This document shows, in pieces, positions 27,181-32,429 of a stretch of 32,429 nt of DNA (positions within the stretch are counted from its first letter, which is position 1; each line of letters begins with the position of its first letter). A program made the position numbers and the translations under genes. The stretch is from Candidatus Bathyarchaeota archaeon (GTDB taxonomy: Archaea > Thermoproteota > Bathyarchaeia > Bathyarchaeales > WUQV01), in assembly GCA_029934005.1 (NCBI GenBank), contig JAOZNA010000004.1, positions 1-32,429 on the forward strand. Direction: 5' to 3'. The notes beneath the pieces are model-generated. The model did not search any database, was not told where the DNA came from, and saw nothing but the letters and a program-made list of their open reading frames with translations.

Positions 27181-27214
27181 GAATTTTTCACCATTAAAGT
27201 TTCTGGTGAAAGTG

Positions 27215-28159
27215 ATGGGAAAAGCTGGAATTTTAACCGTTGTCATCGTGGCATTTATCATAGGACTCCTTTCCGGATCATTTGCCTTAGCCCCTCTGCT
27301 TTCGGCAAATCAGGAATCAACTTATGCTTATTCTGAAGATAGTTTGTGGAGAACCGATAGCATAAGAGTGGTAGGCTCAACAACGGTACTTCCAATAGCC
27401 AACGCATGCGCACTAAGATTCACTGAACTCTACAATACAACCAACATAATAGTTGAGGGCGGCGGGAGCGGACGAGGATACAGCGAACTCATCGGTGGCC
27501 TATGCGATATTGCAGATGCTTCAAGAGAACCTAAACAAAGCGAGCTAGACAAGGCGAAACAAAAGGGAGTAACGTTAATTCTTCATGAAATAGCCATTGA
27601 CGGAATAGCCATAATAGTTCATCCAAGCGTAACTCAAAACTTGAACGGGCCTCTAAATCTGACCTTAGAGGAGATTGGGAAAATTTTCGCCGGAGTCTAC
27701 TCAAAATGGAGTGAAGTTAAGGAGGGTCTTCCAAACGAGGAAATTGTAGTATTTGTGCGTGAATCTGGCTCAGGAACCAGAGCGACATTTGAAGAGTTCT
27801 GCATGGAGCCTTTCGGTCTCGAAGTCAAAACTGGAGCTTCAGAAGTTCTAAGCAATCCCGCAATGAGGCAAAGTGTGGAGCAAACACCCTATTCGATAGG
27901 ATATGTTGGCCTAGGCTTCCTATCAGGTAATGTTGAAGCTGTCCACGTAGCCGAAGAAAGCAGCGGACCCTTCTATGCTCCAACATATGAGAACGTAAAA
28001 GAAGGAATTTATCCACTCTCAAGATACCTATACATGGTAACCAATGGAATTCCAGAAAGCGGCTCCCTAACCGACCGTTTCATAGACTTTGTAAAGAGTC
28101 CCGAAGGCCAGAGGATAGTTGAGCAGTGCGGCTACATAGCCATATACCCGAAAGAGTAA
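27215..28159 (+). CDS. pstS: Phosphate ABC transporter substrate-binding protein
   Basis: GSTTVLP, GGGSGRG, ADASRE, RESGSGTR, IGYVG, YPLSR.LY. ATG 27215 follows GGTGA (the track uses GTG 27206). Confidence 0.95.
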   Translation: MGKAGILTVVIVAFIIGLLSGSFALAPLLSANQESTYAYSEDSLWRTDSIRVVGSTTVLPIANACALRFTELYNTTNIIVEGGGSGRGYSELIGGLCDIADASREPKQSELDKAKQKGVTLILHEIAIDGIAIIVHPSVTQNLNGPLNLTLEEIGKIFAGVYSKWSEVKEGLPNEEIVVFVRESGSGTRATFEEFCMEPFGLEVKTGASEVLSNPAMRQSVEQTPYSIGYVGLGFLSGNVEAVHVAEESSGPFYAPTYENVKEGIYPLSRYLYMVTNGIPESGSLTDRFIDFVKSPEGQRIVEQCGYIAIYPKE

Positions 28160-28163
28160 AAGG

Positions 28164-29072
28164 GTGAGAGTAATGCGCCTTAAATGCCCCAAATTTTTAT
28201 GCTTTAAGGATAAAGCTGAAATTTTCTTGTTTATATTAGCATCAATCTCAATCATAATTTTATTTCTGATAATTGTTTTTGTTCTAAATGAGGGCGTTCC
28301 CGCATTCATAGAGTTAGGTTTTTCAAATTTTCTGTTTGGACACAGATGGTCACCCTACTATGGGAATTTTGGAGCATTTCCACTTATTTACGGTTCAATT
28401 CTGATAGTTCTTGGAAGTCTAGCAATTTCTGTTCCATTGGGCGTTTTTACAGCGATATTCTTGGCAGAATACTCTCCAAGATGGTTAAGCAATATGCTAA
28501 AGCCGATAATAGAATTGTTAGCTGCCATTCCGTCCATAATTTACGGCTTTTTCGGATTTGTATTTTTGGCTCCCAAAATTATGGAGTTTTTGAATGTAGG
28601 TATAGGAGAGGTTGCGTTAACTGCCTCCATAATCCTATCAATAATGACCGTACCGACAATCGTAAGCATTTCCAGCGAAGTTATCGCGTCGGTTCCAAAA
28701 GAATACCGAAAAGCATCTTTGGCTTTGGGCGCAACAAAATGGCAGACTATAAAATCTTTGGTTCTACCCACGGCGAAGCCCGGCATAATAGCCTCATTAT
28801 TGCTTGCCTTTGGAAGAGCCGTAGGAGAAACCGTAGCTGTTCTAATGGTATGTGGATGCGTGCCTCAAATTCCCTCTCCGCCATGGAATTACCTTGAACC
28901 AGTTCACGCCTTAACGGCGGCTATAGCCTTGGACATGGGCGAGGTCTCTTGGGGAAGCCTTCATTATCATGTTCTTTTCGGGTTGGGAGTAATACTTCTA
29001 GTTATTACATTCATAGTTAACATGATTGCAGATTTCTTCATAAAAAAGGCTCCAAGAGGGGTTCAGATATGA
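28164..29072 (+). CDS. pstC: Phosphate ABC transporter permease
   Basis: ELLAAIPSIIYG, ALGATKWQT, GRAVGETVAV. Confidence 0.95.
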   Translation: MRVMRLKCPKFLCFKDKAEIFLFILASISIIILFLIIVFVLNEGVPAFIELGFSNFLFGHRWSPYYGNFGAFPLIYGSILIVLGSLAISVPLGVFTAIFLAEYSPRWLSNMLKPIIELLAAIPSIIYGFFGFVFLAPKIMEFLNVGIGEVALTASIILSIMTVPTIVSISSEVIASVPKEYRKASLALGATKWQTIKSLVLPTAKPGIIASLLLAFGRAVGETVAVLMVCGCVPQIPSPPWNYLEPVHALTAAIALDMGEVSWGSLHYHVLFGLGVILLVITFIVNMIADFFIKKAPRGVQI

Positions 29073-29899
29073 AAACCGTCAAAGAGAAAACTGTTCTATT
29101 TCTTTTGGGCTTTTCAGCAGCTATACTCCTTCTGGCATTCGTTGCAATAACCCTATTTATTGGAGTTGGAGGCTTATCAGCAATAAACTTTAGGATGATA
29201 ACCACAAGCATTCGCAAAGGCGGAATATTTGAACCCATTATAGGAACATTATACCTTCTAGCTGGAACTATAGCTATGGCAACACCGCTAGGATTGGCTA
29301 CAGCTATTTACCTTGCAGAATATGCTCCGAAAGGAAAAATTAACCGAATAATAGTTCAAGCATTAAATAATCTAGCGGGGGTACCTTCAATTATTTTCGG
29401 CTTGTTTGGATACGCATTTTTCTGCAGATTTCTGGGGCTGGGAATCTCTCTTCTTTCCGGCTGGTTGACACTTACATGTATGACTCTTCCAATAGTAGTG
29501 AGAGGCTCCCAAGAAGCCTTGAAAATGGTACCAAAAGACTTTAGGGTAGCCGCTGAGGCTTTAGGGGCGCCAAAATGGAAAACAATAAAAGACATAGTGT
29601 TACCAACGGCAACTCCCGGCTTGGCGACGAGCATCATACTTGGAATAAGCAGAGTGGCCGGAGAGACAGCAGCCATACTTTTTACATGCTCCGTATTCTT
29701 GACGAAAGGTCTCCCTACCTCACCTCTTCAGCCAGTCATGGTGCTCACATACCATCTCTATACGTTACTAGTAGCATCTCCCGGCACTTCAACAGACCGT
29801 GCATTCGCAATTGCCTTGATTCTGCTTGGATTAGTTATTTTGCTTAATCTTCTTGCCTACTTGATAAGAATGCGTTACCGAAAGAGATGGAAGTGGTAG
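29069..29899 (+). CDS. pstA: Phosphate ABC transporter permease
   Basis: [31 protein letters not shown]. Confidence 0.95.
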   Translation: MKTVKEKTVLFLLGFSAAILLLAFVAITLFIGVGGLSAINFRMITTSIRKGGIFEPIIGTLYLLAGTIAMATPLGLATAIYLAEYAPKGKINRIIVQALNNLAGVPSIIFGLFGYAFFCRFLGLGISLLSGWLTLTCMTLPIVVRGSQEALKMVPKDFRVAAEALGAPKWKTIKDIVLPTATPGLATSIILGISRVAGETAAILFTCSVFLTKGLPTSPLQPVMVLTYHLYTLLVASPGTSTDRAFAIALILLGLVILLNLLAYLIRMRYRKRWKW

Positions 29900-29901
29900 G
29901 T

Positions 29902-30657
29902 ATGAAACCAAAAATAGAAGTTGAAAACTTGAACGTATGGTATGGAGCCAACCATGTTCTAAAGGATATAAGCATGGAAATTCCGGAAAAGAGAGTTACA
30001 GCCATTATTGGGCCTTCCGGATGCGGAAAATCAACCTTCCTTATGACGTTAAACCGCCTTATTGATTTAGTTAATGGAGTATGTGTCAAAGGAAAGGTTC
30101 TACTTGACGGAAAAAACATTTACAATCCCGGAATAGATCTTACTGAATTAAGGAAAAAAGTCGGAATGGTTTTTCAAAAACCAAATCCTCTCCCAAAGTC
30201 GATTTACGAGAATATTGCATATGGACCAAAAATACATGGAGTAAAAGATAGGAAGACTCTAGATAGTATTGTAGAGAAATGTTTACGTGTGGTTGGGTTA
30301 TGGGATGATGTTAAGGATAGACTTCGAGATTCTGCATTCGAGTTGTCGGTCGGTCAGCAACAAAGACTTTGTATAGCAAGGGCATTAGCCGTGAAGCCAG
30401 AAGTACTATTAATGGACGAACCATGCTCAGCGCTGGATCCAACAACAACAAGGAAAATCGAAGAATTAATCCAAACATTAAAAAATGACTATACTGTGGT
30501 CGTGGTTACACATAACATGCAACAAGCAAACCGCGTTTCCAATTATACCGCATTTCTCTACCTAGGAAAGCTCATAGAATATGGACCTACCCAAGAAATC
30601 TTCACAAATCCGAAAAACAAATTAACAAAAGATTATATCAACGGAAAATTTGGTTAG
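29902..30657 (+). CDS. pstB: Phosphate ABC transporter ATPase
   Basis: [50 protein letters not shown]. Confidence 0.96.
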   Translation: MKPKIEVENLNVWYGANHVLKDISMEIPEKRVTAIIGPSGCGKSTFLMTLNRLIDLVNGVCVKGKVLLDGKNIYNPGIDLTELRKKVGMVFQKPNPLPKSIYENIAYGPKIHGVKDRKTLDSIVEKCLRVVGLWDDVKDRLRDSAFELSVGQQQRLCIARALAVKPEVLLMDEPCSALDPTTTRKIEELIQTLKNDYTVVVVTHNMQQANRVSNYTAFLYLGKLIEYGPTQEIFTNPKNKLTKDYINGKFG

Positions 30658-30683
30658 CCGCAAATAGTGAGCGCATTGCACTA

Positions 30684-31955
30684 TTATTTTATTCTTCTTC
30701 CCTTTTCTGCAACCAATTTTCCATTTTTGAAGACTTTTTCCGCTAGGTTAACGCCATAATGGTATGGGAAGAACTTATGATTCGGAGCGTCAAAAATAAC
30801 TATGTCCGCCTTTTTCCCCTCTTCCAAACTTCCTATTTCATAAGCACGCTCTATAGAATGCGCCGCATTAATAGTTGCAGCCACAAGCGCCTCTTCCGTA
30901 GTCATTTTCATTTGTAAAACCGCAATCGCCATCATCATCTGCATAGATTCACACATGTTCGCTGCACTCAAATCCGTAGCCAACGCAACCGGCAACCCTT
31001 TATTAATTATTTCCCTCGCCTTTGCATAAGTACCCAAATAACAAAACGGAGTAGTTGGTAGGAAAATTCCAATCGTACCCTTACGTACTAAGGCTTCAAT
31101 ATCTTCCATCGGCGTAAAAATCAAATGATCAGCAGACACAACTCCCAACTCCGCTCCTAACCTCGCTCCTCCGCTATGAACAAGCCAGTCCGCATGAATC
31201 CTCAATTTCATTCCGTATTTTCGGCCCGTTTCAAGAATACGCCTTGACTGCTCAATGTTAAAGTATCCCTTTTCACAGAACACATCACAATATTCAGCCA
31301 ATCTCCTTTTCGCAATTTCAGGAATCCACTTTTCAACAATTTCCCTTGTTAATTCATCAACCCTATTTTCATATTCAAATGGAATGCCTTGAGCCAAAAA
31401 AGTTGGCACCAAATCAATTGGATGAATTTTATTTAGAATGTTTATTATTTCCAGCTGCCTAATTTCTCCATGAAAAGTCATCTCATACCCGCTTTTTGCC
31501 TCAATAGTTGTTGTGCCATGAACAAGCATAGTATCAAGTATCTTACTTGTTTTTTCAAGCAATTCTTCCGTTGAAGCCTCACCAGTTTTTTTAAGAGTTG
31601 TCGGCATTCCTCCACCCCTTTCCTTAATTTCCAAGTACGAAACCCCCTTCACAGCCATCATTTCAAGTTCCTCTTCCCTAGAACCAGCAAAAATCAAGTG
31701 AACATGCGGGTCAATAAGCCCTGGCGTAACAAGTTTTCCACTCGCATCTATAACCTCAAACCCCTTCTCAAGCTTACCCAACACTTCCTTTGTAGTTCCA
31801 ACAGCCACTATTCTATCATCCTTAATTGCAACAGCACCATCCTTTATTATTCCAAGATTCCTCATCTCCTCTCCAACTAAAGGCCTACTACTTGTTCCCT
31901 TCAGAGTAACCAGCTCTTCAGCGTTAATTATTGCAAAATCAGCCTTTATCACCAT
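30684..31955 (-). CDS. hutI: Imidazolonepropionase (HutI)-like amidohydrolase, divergent
   Basis: PGLIDPHVH..FAGSR, GTTTIEAKSGY, DVFCEKG.F, HAD, SADHL, ALATD. ATG 31955 follows GGAGG. Confidence 0.72.
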   Translation of the reverse strand: MVIKADFAIINAEELVTLKGTSSRPLVGEEMRNLGIIKDGAVAIKDDRIVAVGTTKEVLGKLEKGFEVIDASGKLVTPGLIDPHVHLIFAGSREEELEMMAVKGVSYLEIKERGGGMPTTLKKTGEASTEELLEKTSKILDTMLVHGTTTIEAKSGYEMTFHGEIRQLEIINILNKIHPIDLVPTFLAQGIPFEYENRVDELTREIVEKWIPEIAKRRLAEYCDVFCEKGYFNIEQSRRILETGRKYGMKLRIHADWLVHSGGARLGAELGVVSADHLIFTPMEDIEALVRKGTIGIFLPTTPFCYLGTYAKAREIINKGLPVALATDLSAANMCESMQMMMAIAVLQMKMTTEEALVAATINAAHSIERAYEIGSLEEGKKADIVIFDAPNHKFFPYHYGVNLAEKVFKNGKLVAEKGRRIK

Positions 31956-31981
31956 ACAATACCCTCCTTCTTGGACATTAC

Positions 31982-32429
31982 TTAAACATCCAAATATTTC
32001 TCTCTTTCCCACTCATGCACAAAAACGTTAAACTCCCTCCACTCCCTAGTTTTAAGCTCCAAAAACTTCTCGCAAAACTCCTGCCCTAAACTTTCCCACA
32101 AATATTTATCCTTAGAAAACTCCTTTAAGGCTTCCCCCAAATTTTCCGGTAAAGTTTCTATTCCCCTTTCAGCCCTCTCTTTCACACTCATTTTATAAAT
32201 ATCCTCTTCCACAGGCTCAGGAGGCTCAACCTTCCTCTCAATTCCATCTAATCCAGCAGATAGGATGCCAGCAAACGCCATATAAAAATTGCATGAACCA
32301 TCGGTAGGACGATACTCAAGCCTAGTTCTAAGCTCCTTTCCAGGAGGAACCCTAACAAGAACTGAACGATTATATTTAGCCCATGAAATGTAAACCGGAG
32401 CCTCCCAACCCGGCACAAGCCTCTTATAA
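31982..32429 (-). CDS. Glutamine synthetase-family protein, C-terminal part (truncated by the window end)
   Basis: YKRLVPGWEAP..ISWAKYNRSVLVRVP, RLEYRPTDGSCNFY, LPENLGEAL, WEREKYL. Confidence 0.9.
   Translation of the reverse strand, partial: YKRLVPGWEAPVYISWAKYNRSVLVRVPPGKELRTRLEYRPTDGSCNFYMAFAGILSAGLDGIERKVEPPEPVEEDIYKMSVKERAERGIETLPENLGEALKEFSKDKYLWESLGQEFCEKFLELKTREWREFNVFVHEWEREKYLDV

Noticed and set aside
1-32429. CRISPR arrays, inteins, rRNA genes, transposases, and the many short antisense ORFs in the track
   Set aside because: No regularly spaced repeats, intein motifs, rRNA or transposase signatures were seen. The short ORFs overlap well-supported genes and lack motifs.

Overview
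This is an archaeal chromosomal window; the gene set, the dockerin-like secreted proteins and GGTGA/GGAGG ribosome-binding sites suggest Bathyarchaeia (inference). Core genes are rfcS-rfcL, moaA-moaB-moaC, cdc6/orc1 with a wHTH gene, an MBL-fold hydrolase, IMPase/FBPase, a phosphoesterase, Hsp20, RPA, DUF523, trpB2, a radical SAM enzyme, a phoU regulator divergent from pstSCAB, a HutI-like amidohydrolase and a partial glutamine synthetase-family gene. Several features are missing from the ORF track. (i) A box C/D guide sRNA lies just upstream of cdc6, and its D guide predicts 2'-O-methylation of wobble C34 of tRNA-Leu(CAA). (ii) A ~2.76 kb integrase-less islet sits in tRNA-Gly(GCC), bounded by 26-bp att-like repeats. 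It carries a broken CcdA-like gene that reads through the att site and a circularly permuted family-5 solute-binding protein. (iii) A variable region at ~19.8-26.0 kb holds a 1335-aa subtilase-vWA protein and a ~1 kb segment bounded by perfect 25-bp direct repeats with a palindromic core. (iv) Two small proteins, of 37 and 52 aa, are unannotated.
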